From IMG/VR virus record IMGVR_UViG_3300029577_000149: a stretch of 7,089 bases of DNA. One strand, given 5' to 3'. The notes beneath the pieces were generated by a model. The model searched no databases. It was not told the DNA's origin and saw only the letters and a list, made by a program, of their open reading frames with translations. The stretch is from a virus (taxonomy: Duplodnaviria > Heunggongvirae > Uroviricota > Caudoviricetes). This document shows positions 1 to 5,851 of the stretch, piece by piece. Every line of letters begins with the position of its first letter. Within the stretch, counting starts at the first letter, position 1. The translations under genes were made by a program, and so were the position numbers.

Positions 1-811
1 TACCAATAAAGGTTTCTACTTTGCTGTCTTTGAATTTCTCAACAAGCAGATCACGAAATTCGTTAGCCATTTCTTCCTGCACTGCTTCCAGCTGAATAAT
101 GCGCAGAACCAGTACAGGACGATCGCCAGTGATAATGCTGAGGCGTAATTTAAACGGACGTTCTTTCAGGCCTTCAAACGGAACGCATTTAAATTCAAAT
201 GCCACTGGCATAATGTCTTTGGTTTTCGCTTCGACAGACTCCATCAGGGAGCGTTTGCCGCTGAAGTCATTGTCTTCAAAATCAGCGGTCTGGTTTGCTT
301 CAATTGTGATTTTACGGACTGCCGCAGCCGCTTTGGTTGCCTGAATGGTGTCACCATTAGCATCAAAGCCCACAAGGTAGTCGGCCCAGTCTTCAATCCA
401 TTCTGCCAGTGACTTCTGGGAGTTACGCTCGCCATTAACAGACAACAGAGCAGAAAACGGTGCTGTCTTTTTCAGTTTGAGGGTGGCGGTGTTATCTGCG
501 TGACCTGGTTCATCAATAGTACCCAGGTTAAGCACACTGACGGCTCGCATATTATCGGCATCGATAAAGCAGCGGGTGCCTTCATCTGCAAGATCTTTAG
601 AATAACGGGTAAAGTCATCGATGCTGGCAGTGGAAAGCGCACCACGGAAACGGAAGCGATTTAAATTAAATTTTTCCAGATCATGAATGCGGAAATTCTC
701 AGGCAATGCCACAGCATCGGCACCAATCTTACTGATAATTTCATTAACACCCTGAGCAGAAATAAGGGCATGGATTTGATTAATTGCGGTTGCGTCTAAG
801 TTCTGAGACAT
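1..811 (-). CDS. Prophage early-left operon protein, YfdQ-like (DUF2303-type as I recall); 3' end truncated by window edge
   Basis: Minus-strand ATG at 809-811 with GAGGA Shine-Dalgarno (plus-strand tcctc 818-822). Open frame runs to position 1 (about 270 codons); absent from the ORF track because no stop lies inside the window. Own translation starts [31 protein letters not shown] 120-aa gene followed by a roughly 274-aa gene matches my memory of the yfdP-yfdQ pair of E. coli cryptic prophages; unverified. Confidence 0.6.
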   Translation of the reverse strand, partial: MSQNLDATAINQIHALISAQGVNEIISKIGADAVALPENFRIHDLEKFNLNRFRFRGALSTASIDDFTRYSKDLADEGTRCFIDADNMRAVSVLNLGTIDEPGHADNTATLKLKKTAPFSALLSVNGERNSQKSLAEWIEDWADYLVGFDANGDTIQATKAAAAVRKITIEANQTADFEDNDFSGKRSLMESVEAKTKDIMPVAFEFKCVPFEGLKERPFKLRLSIITGDRPVLVLRIIQLEAVQEEMANEFRDLLVEKFKDSKVETFIG

Positions 812-876
812 AATAAGTCCTCACTATATAAAGATATTCAGTGATGAGATAAATAATCAGTTAATTAAGAACGATA

Positions 877-1239
877 TTAATGACCTGCTGCGCGGAGTTT
901 TCCGTCAGGTTCACCGGCAAGAGTCAGTAATTGTCCCTGGTCTTCCTGCAGAATAGTCAGGCGACCACCGCGATTGACATACATCGGCGTTTCGGTGGTG
1001 TCTTCTTCGGAAATTTTCCCGCGGTTAGTCGGGCGAACATATGAGAGTTTGTGTTTGATTTTCACACGGTTCTCATCAAACGGTTCGATTTCCAGGTTGA
1101 GCGAGACCTTACCTTTGGTTTTCGTGTTCATCACACCGGAAGCGACTTCACTGAGAACTGCGCCGATTTTGGTTTCAAATACGCCGCCGTCCAGCTCCCC
1201 GATAAATGCCTGCACATCAGTACTGCGTTCGCTAGCCAT
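877..1239 (-). CDS. Prophage early-left operon protein, YfdP-like, 120 aa
   Basis: ORF-track frame 877..1506 (-), but the plausible start is the internal ATG at 1237-1239 (MASERSTDVQAF...), preceded by GAGGAG (plus-strand ctcctc 1247-1252) at 7-nt spacing. The N-terminal extension to 1506 is Arg/Pro/Cys-rich and looks non-coding. Stop TAA at 877-879. Family name from memory only. Confidence 0.6.
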   Translation of the reverse strand: MASERSTDVQAFIGELDGGVFETKIGAVLSEVASGVMNTKTKGKVSLNLEIEPFDENRVKIKHKLSYVRPTNRGKISEEDTTETPMYVNRGGRLTILQEDQGQLLTLAGEPDGKLRAAGH

Positions 1240-1590
1240 TTTGCTGCTCCTCATCATATCGACCCTGCAAGGCCGATTAGTTTCTCCACAAAATAGAGAA
1301 GAACACCTGCGGTGGCAGCCGCCCGGATGGATTGGGTTATGAGCCCGTCGTCCGGTGATGCTCTTCTCTGTTTTGTAAAAACACAGCATAAAGTTGTGGT
1401 GCCGGGTGCCTCCCGGTGCCTGGCGAAGGTTGCACACCAGGCGGGTGGGTATCCACAGAAGGTCGACTGTCAGCCTCAACCTTAACCCGCGTGCGCTGAG
1501 CCGCATTCACCACAACGCTAAGAATTCTCTCTGGTTGAAAATACTTAGCTGTTATGTGCCTGCTTTTAGCCACATCAGGCGAGGTGGACC

Positions 1591-1641
1591 TGGTTATTCC
1601 CCAACAACAAGGATTCGGTTAATCTGGTTATCCCCAACAAC
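1591..1641 (+). repeat. Two direct repeats TGGTTAT(T)CCCCAACAAC (1591-1608 and 1625-1641) immediately upstream of the 1657 gene; candidate regulator-binding or promoter element
   Basis: Read directly: 17/18-nt near-identical copies 34 bp apart, ending 16 bp before the ATG at 1657. Confidence 0.5.
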
Positions 1642-1656
1642 GCAAAAGGAAAAGAA

Positions 1657-2091
1657 ATGTCCGGTAATATCTATACGCTGTACAAATCCCACTGTGAAAA
1701 TGTTGGAAAGTATCGGGGCATTGAAATCAGTGGGGTAGTGTCATCAGTCGAAATAAGCAAAGTTGAATCAAGGGCAACATTACTTACTCTTCTGGACCTT
1801 GTCTTACATGAGCACCGGAAGAAATTCGGCACTCCCTATAATCAGTTGAATGGGAAAAAAGCTCTGGTTCACCTTATTCTGATGAAGCATCACTGGATGC
1901 CAAAACAGATTAATGAGATGAAATTTGATGAACTTCTTCTTTCAATTCAGGATGAACTCACGCTTGATAAAATAAGCGTAACCGCCCAGAAATTTTTAGA
2001 TTATCGAGACTGGAGATCACAAATTCATCACTTTGATGATTTTGACGAAAATGAATGGGATCCTAATTTGTCTGCACAATATCTAAAGTAA
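1657..2091 (+). CDS. Hypothetical protein, 144 aa, AT-rich accessory (moron-like) gene; no family recognised
   Basis: ORF-track 1657..2091 (+). AAGGA Shine-Dalgarno at 1646-1650, 6 nt before the ATG. Hand-counted G+C of about 32-42% in three 60-nt lines inside the gene versus about 58% in a line of the replication region. Acidic C-terminal tail (HHFDDFDENEWDPN). Transcribed against the leftward early operon. Confidence 0.6.
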   Translation: MSGNIYTLYKSHCENVGKYRGIEISGVVSSVEISKVESRATLLTLLDLVLHEHRKKFGTPYNQLNGKKALVHLILMKHHWMPKQINEMKFDELLLSIQDELTLDKISVTAQKFLDYRDWRSQIHHFDDFDENEWDPNLSAQYLK

Positions 2092-2269
2092 CATCCTGTG
2101 ATAAAACCGTGATTTCCTGATCCAGTTTTTTTAAGGAGTCTATTGTTTCCTGTCGATAAGACAGCACTTCACGAAGCTGGTTTATAGCTGCCAGCTTCTT
2201 TGCCATCCACTCGTAAATTTCCTCATTTGTGTATCCGGGTGCGACGATTTTTGGTTCTGTTTTGTGCAT
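2063..2269 (-). CDS. Hypothetical small protein, 68 aa; first gene downstream of the predicted pL; no arginine-rich N-like motif
   Basis: ORF-track 2063..2284 (-) trimmed to the ATG at 2267-2269 (MHKTEPKIVAPGYTNEEIYEW...), with GGAGGTG Shine-Dalgarno (plus-strand cacctcc 2275-2281). Heptad-like, charged C-terminal half. Its 3' end overlaps the 3' end of the 1657..2091 gene by 29 bp. Confidence 0.55.
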   Translation of the reverse strand: MHKTEPKIVAPGYTNEEIYEWMAKKLAAINQLREVLSYRQETIDSLKKLDQEITVLSQDVTLDIVQTN

Positions 2270-2314
2270 TTCACACCTCCTCAAGTTATCAGTTACTTGT
2301 TGATGGGGACCAGA

Positions 2315-2327
2315 TTGTCAAAGAGCG
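2315..2327 (-). promoter_or_regulatory. boxA-like motif CGCTCTTTGACAA in the leader between predicted pL and the first leftward gene
   Basis: Minus-strand reading of 2315-2327. Compared from memory with lambda nut boxA (CGCTCTTA...) and rrn boxA (GCTCTTTAACAA). No convincing boxB hairpin follows it. Confidence 0.3.
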
Positions 2328-2436
2328 AAGCGTCCTTTAGAGCGCTTTTTTGTTGCTAACGAATCATCCTGGACTTCATATGCCCCAGGCGGCTACTTCG
2401 TGGGCGTCCTGCCTGTTCGTTGTTTCGCTTGGGTAC

Positions 2437-2464
2437 ATTATGTATCTCAAAGGTACATTGTCAA
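2437..2464 (-). promoter_or_regulatory. Candidate pL with overlapping OL half-site repeats
   Basis: Minus strand reads TTGACA (plus 2459-2464), 16-bp spacer, CATAAT (plus 2437-2442). TGTAT-N7-GTACA (plus 2441-2457) lies in the spacer and a weaker TGTTT-N7-GTACA at 2421-2437, matching the operator consensus found between cI and cro. Confidence 0.45.
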
Positions 2465-2468
2465 GTAT

Positions 2469-2491
2469 AAAAAAACCTGCCGAAGCAGGTT
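2469..2491 (-). terminator. Intrinsic terminator for the cI transcript
   Basis: On the minus strand: 7-bp stem AACCUGC/GCAGGUU with UUCG tetraloop (plus 2474-2491) followed by a U5 run (plus A-run 2469-2473). It starts 13 nt after the cI stop codon and lies just before the pL -35. Confidence 0.55.
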
Positions 2492-2503
2492 CATAAACAT
2501 TGA

Positions 2504-3178
2504 TTAGGCTTTGATTTTGTATCTTCTTGGTTTTCCTGAGAAAATCACTGTACCAATTATAGAGCAATTACCGTTGATCTTAATGTAAGGCTCAGGCCAG
2601 TTTGGGTTTAACGCTTTGAGATAACGCTGTGTCCCATCTTCTATCAACCTTTTGAAGGTGGTTTCACCTGTATCGTGCATCAATGCAATAACGTCGTCAC
2701 CGTGGCAGGCAGGTACTTCAGGATCGACAAAAATCATGTCTCCCGGGCGGTACTCATCAATCATTGAATCACCTATCACCCGCAAGATATAAGTCATTTC
2801 CCCACAGGGTACAGGGCAGGGATACGTTTCTGCTGTGCTCAAATCAACCTCAGAATATCCAACTTCTTTCCATGCTCCGGCCTGTACCCATGATATGACA
2901 GGGACTAATGTGATTTGTTTATTAGTGATTGAAACATCAGGTTTTTTTGTGATGTTCGTTGTCTGGTGTTCTTGATCGAGCCATCCGACAGGCAGGTCGA
3001 AACATTTTTCGATGTGTCGTGCCATGCTGTCACCGATATTTTTAGTAGCACCATCTCCCATAAACCTGCTGGTCTGGGTTGGCTCGCGATCAATCATAGT
3101 GGCAAAGGAAGAATTCCCGCCAACACCATCTCTCAGTTTTCTGGCGTTAGACCGCCGGATGTCATGGATTGTTTTCAT
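2504..3178 (-). CDS. cI: CI-like prophage repressor with C-terminal S24 (LexA-type) autopeptidase domain, 224 aa
   Basis: ORF-track 2504..3178 (-). C-terminal half carries the S24 hallmarks: candidate Ala-Gly cleavage site (VQAGAW), Ser nucleophile in GDSM, and Lys in TFKRL, alignable by eye to lambda CI and LexA C-terminal domains. Divergent from a Cro-like gene across an operator-bearing intergenic region. Confidence 0.85.
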   Translation of the reverse strand: MKTIHDIRRSNARKLRDGVGGNSSFATMIDREPTQTSRFMGDGATKNIGDSMARHIEKCFDLPVGWLDQEHQTTNITKKPDVSITNKQITLVPVISWVQAGAWKEVGYSEVDLSTAETYPCPVPCGEMTYILRVIGDSMIDEYRPGDMIFVDPEVPACHGDDVIALMHDTGETTFKRLIEDGTQRYLKALNPNWPEPYIKINGNCSIIGTVIFSGKPRRYKIKA

Positions 3179-3193
3179 AACGAAATTAAAACT

Positions 3194-3263
3194 CTTGTAC
3201 CGTTAAGGTACAAGTATCTTGAAGGTTCATTTCAATCATGTAATATGTACACCGGAGGTACAT
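3194..3263. promoter_or_regulatory. OR region: two TGTAC-N7-GTACA operators flanking a candidate pR; possible leaderless pRM
   Basis: Operator 1 at 3194-3214 is a perfect 8-5-8 palindrome (CTTGTACC gttaa GGTACAAG); operator 2 at 3245-3263 is ATGTAC accggag GTACAT. Candidate pR: TTGAAG 3219-3224, 16-bp spacer, TAATAT 3241-3246. On the minus strand TTTAAT sits at -12..-7 relative to the cI ATG, suggesting a leaderless cI mRNA as in lambda pRM. Confidence 0.5.
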
Positions 3264-3268
3264 ATTGT

Positions 3269-3469
3269 ATGAAAGCGTATTGGGACTCTTTAACCAAAGA
3301 ACAGCAGGGCGAGTTGGCCGGAAAAGTTGGCTCAACATCTGGCTACTTACGGCTGGTTTTCAATGGCTATAAAAAAGCCAGTTTTGTGCTGGCTAAAAAA
3401 CTTGAGCAATGCACGTCAGGTGCAATTACGAAATCTGACTTAAGACCGGATATCTATCCGAAAGATTAG
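3269..3469 (+). CDS. cro: Cro-like HTH regulator (YdaS / Cro-CI family), 66 aa
   Basis: ATG at 3269-3271 inside ORF-track frame 2966..3469, preceded by GGAGGT (3255-3260). The stretch of that ORF upstream of 3269 overlaps cI antisense and is not coding. Translation MKAYWDSLTKEQQGELAGKVGSTSGYLRLVFNGYKKASFVLAKKLEQCTSGAITKSDLRPDIYPKD fits a small HTH regulator; the RPDI-type C-terminus matches my memory of YdaS-like proteins. Confidence 0.75.
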   Translation: MKAYWDSLTKEQQGELAGKVGSTSGYLRLVFNGYKKASFVLAKKLEQCTSGAITKSDLRPDIYPKD

Positions 3470-3500
3470 CAGAACACTTTCAATTTTTAACCACAGAACG

Positions 3501-4074
3501 ATGAGGCTAATCGTGGGTAAGCATCACTGGAAAATAGAAAAACAGCCTGAGTGGTACGTGAAAGCTGTCAGAAAAACTATCGCGGCGTTGCCGGGTGGTT
3601 ACGCNNNNNNNNNNNNNNNNNNNNNNNNATGTAACAGAAAACGCTTTATTCAACCGCCTTCGTGCAGATGGCGATCAGATTTTCCCGCTGGGATGGGCAA
3701 TGGTTTTACAGCGTGCTGGTGGCACTCACTTCATTGCTGATGCTGTGGCGCAGTCTGCAAATGGCGTCTTTGTGTCTCTTCCTGACGTCGAGGATGTGGA
3801 CAACGCCGATATTAACCAGCGTCTGCTGGAAGTCATTGAACAGATCGGCAGTTATTCAAAACAGATTCGTTCAGCAATCGAAGACGGTGTAGTGGAACCG
3901 CATGAGAAGACAGCAATTAACGACGAGCTGTATCTCTCAATTTCGAAGCTGCAGGAGCATGCAGCACTTGTCTACAAAATTTTTTGCATTTCAGAAAGTA
4001 ATGACGCCCGCGAGTGTGCAGCTCCGGGCGTCGTGGCGTCGATTGCTTCTGGTTGTGGAGAAACTAACGCATGA
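3501..4074 (+). CDS. YdaT-like (CII-position) regulatory protein, interrupted by a 24-N gap
   Basis: ORF-track 3501..3740 (frame 0, before the gap) and 3595..4074 (frame 1, after the gap) are most simply one gene whose frame across the gap is unknowable. Sits directly after cro as in Rac/CP-933P ydaS-ydaT. Start uncertain: ATG 3501 has no Shine-Dalgarno; GTG 3513 has GAGG at 3503-3506. Family from memory. Confidence 0.5.
3605..3628. other. Run of 24 N (assembly gap or masked bases)
   Basis: Literal n characters at 3605-3628. Confidence 0.95.
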
Positions 4075-4409
4075 ACAGTTTAACAACACACTACCGTCGC
4101 TCGCAACTGATTGCGCTTCCTTTACCGGGTGGAAAAGCGAAGGTGGAATATTGCTATGCAGTGAATGTACCAGGTGACAGGGAAATTGTAACCCACAGCT
4201 TTGCAGAGTGGGCTGTGGGTGATTTCAACCGGCAGAAGGAGACAGTCCTTTGCGACAAGTTAACCGCTGGTTCAAAGATCACTACGGAGTGCCCGTCAGA
4301 GTCATTCGTTGGGAGCCGGAAACACAACGGGTTATCTACCTCCGCGAAGGTTATGAGCATGAATGCTTCAGTCCGCTCGAACAGTTTCGTCGTAAATTCA
4401 GGGAAATAG
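4071..4409 (+). CDS. Hypothetical protein; ORF as written is 112 aa but the C-terminal third is probably out of frame
   Basis: ATG 4071 overlaps the upstream stop (ATGA), suggesting translational coupling. The first ~56 codons ([57 protein letters not shown]) look protein-like; the remainder is Ser/Thr-rich junk-like sequence. Confidence 0.4.
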   Translation: MNSLTTHYRRSQLIALPLPGGKAKVEYCYAVNVPGDREIVTHSFAEWAVGDFNRQKETVLCDKLTAGSKITTECPSESFVGSRKHNGLSTSAKVMSMNASVRSNSFVVNSGK

Positions 4410-4429
4410 AGGTCGGTCATGAGCACTAA
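4250..4429 (+). CDS. Alternate-frame coding segment (-1 relative to the 4071 ORF): either the true C-terminus of a frameshifted gene or a separate small TTG-initiated gene
   Basis: Own translation of frame 2: [62 protein letters not shown], stop TAA 4427-4429. AAGGAG at 4236-4241 lies 8 nt before TTG 4250. The frame opens after TGA 4220-4222. Too short to appear in the ORF track. Confidence 0.35.
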   Translation: MRQVNRWFKDHYGVPVRVIRWEPETQRVIYLREGYEHECFSPLEQFRRKFREIEVGHEH

Positions 4430-5360
4430 ATTAACCGGCTATGTATGGGATGGTTGCGCTGCATCAGGCATGAAGTTATCCAGCGTGGCAATTATGGCCC
4501 GCCTGGCTGATTTCAGTAATGACGAAGGTGTGTGCTGGCCATCAATTGAAACCATTGCCCGTCAGATTGGCGCGGGGATGAGTACCGTCAGAACGGCTAT
4601 CGCACGGCTGGAAGCAGAAGGCTGGTTAACGCGTAAGGCGCGTCGCCAGGGTAACCGCAATGCGTCGAATGTTTATCAGCTTAACGTTGCGAAGCTTCAG
4701 GCAGCGGCATTTTCTCAACTGTCAGATTCTGACCCGTCAAAATCTGACGCATCAAAATCTGACCCGTCAAAATTTGATGCGTCGAAATCTGGCAAAAAAG
4801 CGGGTTTTCACCCGTCAGAATCTGGCGGGGATCCGTCAGTAAAATCAAAACATGATCCGTCAGATAAAAAACCTTCTCGTCCGGACGCTTCGCAACCGGA
4901 CACGCAGACGGCTGAACAGGATTTTTTAACTCGCCATCCTAATGCGGTTGTATTCAGCCCTAAAAAGCGCCAGTGGGGGACGCAGGATGATTTGACCTGC
5001 GCACAGTGGCTCTGGAAAAAAATCATCGCCCTGTACGAGCAGGCTGCCGAATGTGACGGCGAGGTGGTTCGTCCCAAAGAACCGAACTGGACAGCCTGGG
5101 CAAACGAAATTCGCCTGATGTGTGTACAGGATGGGCGTACTCACAAACAAATCTGCGAGATGTACAGCCGCGTCAGCCGCGATCCGTTCTGGTGCCGTAA
5201 CGTGCTCAGCCCGTCGAAGCTGCGGGAAAAATGGGATGAGCTTTCCCTGCGCTTATCGCCGTCCGTCAGCACGTACACCGAAAAACGCGAGGACCCGTAC
5301 TTCAAAGCCAGTTACGACAACGTGGACTACAGCCAGATCCCGGCAGGATTCAGAGGGTGA
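4419..5360 (+). CDS. Phage replication initiation protein (lambda O-like architecture), 313 aa
   Basis: ORF-track 4419..5360 (+), AGAGG Shine-Dalgarno at 4407-4411. N-terminal winged-helix-like segment (WPSIETIARQIGAGMSTVRTAIARLEAEGWL), a central low-complexity repeat linker (DPSKSDASKSDPSKFDASKS) encoded by the iterons, and a Trp/Cys-rich C-terminal domain. Confidence 0.75.
   Translation: MSTKLTGYVWDGCAASGMKLSSVAIMARLADFSNDEGVCWPSIETIARQIGAGMSTVRTAIARLEAEGWLTRKARRQGNRNASNVYQLNVAKLQAAAFSQLSDSDPSKSDASKSDPSKFDASKSGKKAGFHPSESGGDPSVKSKHDPSDKKPSRPDASQPDTQTAEQDFLTRHPNAVVFSPKKRQWGTQDDLTCAQWLWKKIIALYEQAAECDGEVVRPKEPNWTAWANEIRLMCVQDGRTHKQICEMYSRVSRDPFWCRNVLSPSKLREKWDELSLRLSPSVSTYTEKREDPYFKASYDNVDYSQIPAGFRG
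4729..4788 (+). repeat. Four tandem 15-bp iterons inside the replication gene; candidate origin of replication
   Basis: CTGACCCGTCAAAAT (4729-4743), CTGACGCATCAAAAT (4744-4758), CTGACCCGTCAAAAT (4759-4773), TTGATGCGTCGAAAT (4774-4788). Further CCGTCAG copies at 4812, 4833 and 4857, then an A/T-rich tract at about 4840-4872. Same layout as ori-lambda within gene O. Confidence 0.6.
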
Positions 5361-5362
5361 TC

Positions 5363-5851
5363 ATGAGTCTGTTAAATGACGTTCAGAAATTCATTGAAGC
5401 CCATCCGGGGTGTACTTCCGGAGACATTGCGGATGCTTTTGCAGGTTACTCACGGCAGCGCGTTCTGCAGTCTGCAAGCAAGTTACGTCAGAGTGGGCGT
5501 GTGGCTCACCGTTGTGAAGGAGATACACGCAGACATTTCCCGCGCCTGACTGAGAGAGCGCAGGAACCAGAACCACAACCAGTTCGAGAAACCAGACCTG
5601 TGCGCAATTTCTATGTCGGCACTAACGATCCACGGGTGATTTTGTGCCTGACCCGCCAGGCTGAAGAACTGGAGTCCAGGGGCTTATACCGTCGTGCTGC
5701 AACCGTGTGGATGGCGGCATTCCGTGAAAGCCACTCCCAGCCAGAACGAAACAAATTTCTGGCGCGTCGTGAGCTGTGTTTACGGAAAAGCAGCAAGCGC
5801 GCTGTATCGAGTGATGAGTGGTATCTGTCAGGGAATTACGTGGGGGCGTAA
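5363..5851 (+). CDS. PerC-family-like transcriptional regulator with an N-terminal winged-helix-like segment, 162 aa
   Basis: ATG 5363 inside ORF-track 5357..5851; AGAGGG Shine-Dalgarno at 5352-5357; overlaps the upstream stop (TGA 5358-5360). C-terminal motif ELESRGLYRRAATVWMAAF resembles the GLWRRAA-type core I remember for PerC/Pch proteins; unverified. Confidence 0.5.
   Translation: MSLLNDVQKFIEAHPGCTSGDIADAFAGYSRQRVLQSASKLRQSGRVAHRCEGDTRRHFPRLTERAQEPEPQPVRETRPVRNFYVGTNDPRVILCLTRQAEELESRGLYRRAATVWMAAFRESHSQPERNKFLARRELCLRKSSKRAVSSDEWYLSGNYVGA

Noticed and set aside
99-435. ORF-track entries 99..344 (+) and 244..435 (-)
   Set aside because: Both lie wholly inside the long minus-strand YfdQ-like gene (1..811), which has a clean start, Shine-Dalgarno and coherent translation. 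They are alternate-frame or antisense artefacts.
974-1342. ORF-track entries 974..1342 (+) and 1051..1296 (+)
   Set aside because: Antisense to the YfdP-like gene (877..1239); no Shine-Dalgarno; low-complexity Ser/Leu-rich translations.
1380-1520. Possible tRNA, tmRNA or retron msr/msd in the GC-rich spacer
   Set aside because: No T-loop GTTCGAATC-like motif or cloverleaf arrangement; no reverse transcriptase gene nearby; no flanking a1/a2 inverted repeats that I could identify. Left as an unclassified structured element.
1337-1738. ORF-track entries 1337..1573 (-), 1394..1738 (+) and the N-terminal extension of 877..1506 (-)
   Set aside because: Arg/Pro/Gly-rich translations typical of GC-rich non-coding DNA read out of context; no ribosome-binding sites; they overlap each other. 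Treated as a non-coding structured region.
2063-2269. The 68-aa pL-proximal protein as an N antiterminator
   Set aside because: No arginine-rich motif near the N-terminus and no boxB hairpin after the boxA-like motif; reported as hypothetical.
2376-2567. ORF-track entry 2376..2567 (-)
   Set aside because: Spans the cI stop, the terminator hairpin and the predicted pL; no Shine-Dalgarno. Regulatory DNA, not a gene.
2905-3268. ORF-track entries 2905..3093 (-), 3012..3206 (+), and the 2966..3268 part of 2966..3469 (+)
   Set aside because: They lie within or antisense to the cI gene. The only credible + strand start here is ATG 3269 with its GGAGGT Shine-Dalgarno (cro).
3662-4177. ORF-track entries 3662..3892 (+) and 3902..4177 (+)
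   Set aside because: Alternate frames of the YdaT-like gene with Cys/Trp/Ser-rich junk translations.
4154-4426. ORF-track entry 4154..4426 (-)
   Set aside because: Antisense to the + strand coding segments at 4071..4429, which carry far more protein-like translations and coupling signals.
4729-4788. Tandem 15-bp repeats as a CRISPR array or VNTR
   Set aside because: No spacers of unique sequence between repeats; the repeats are in-frame protein-coding and immediately tandem. Interpreted as origin iterons.
4660-5379. ORF-track entries 4660..4842 (+), 4808..5077 (-), 4926..5150 (-), 5122..5379 (+)
   Set aside because: All lie inside the replication initiator gene in other frames or antisense. 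The 4660 ORF is just the iteron repeat read in another frame.
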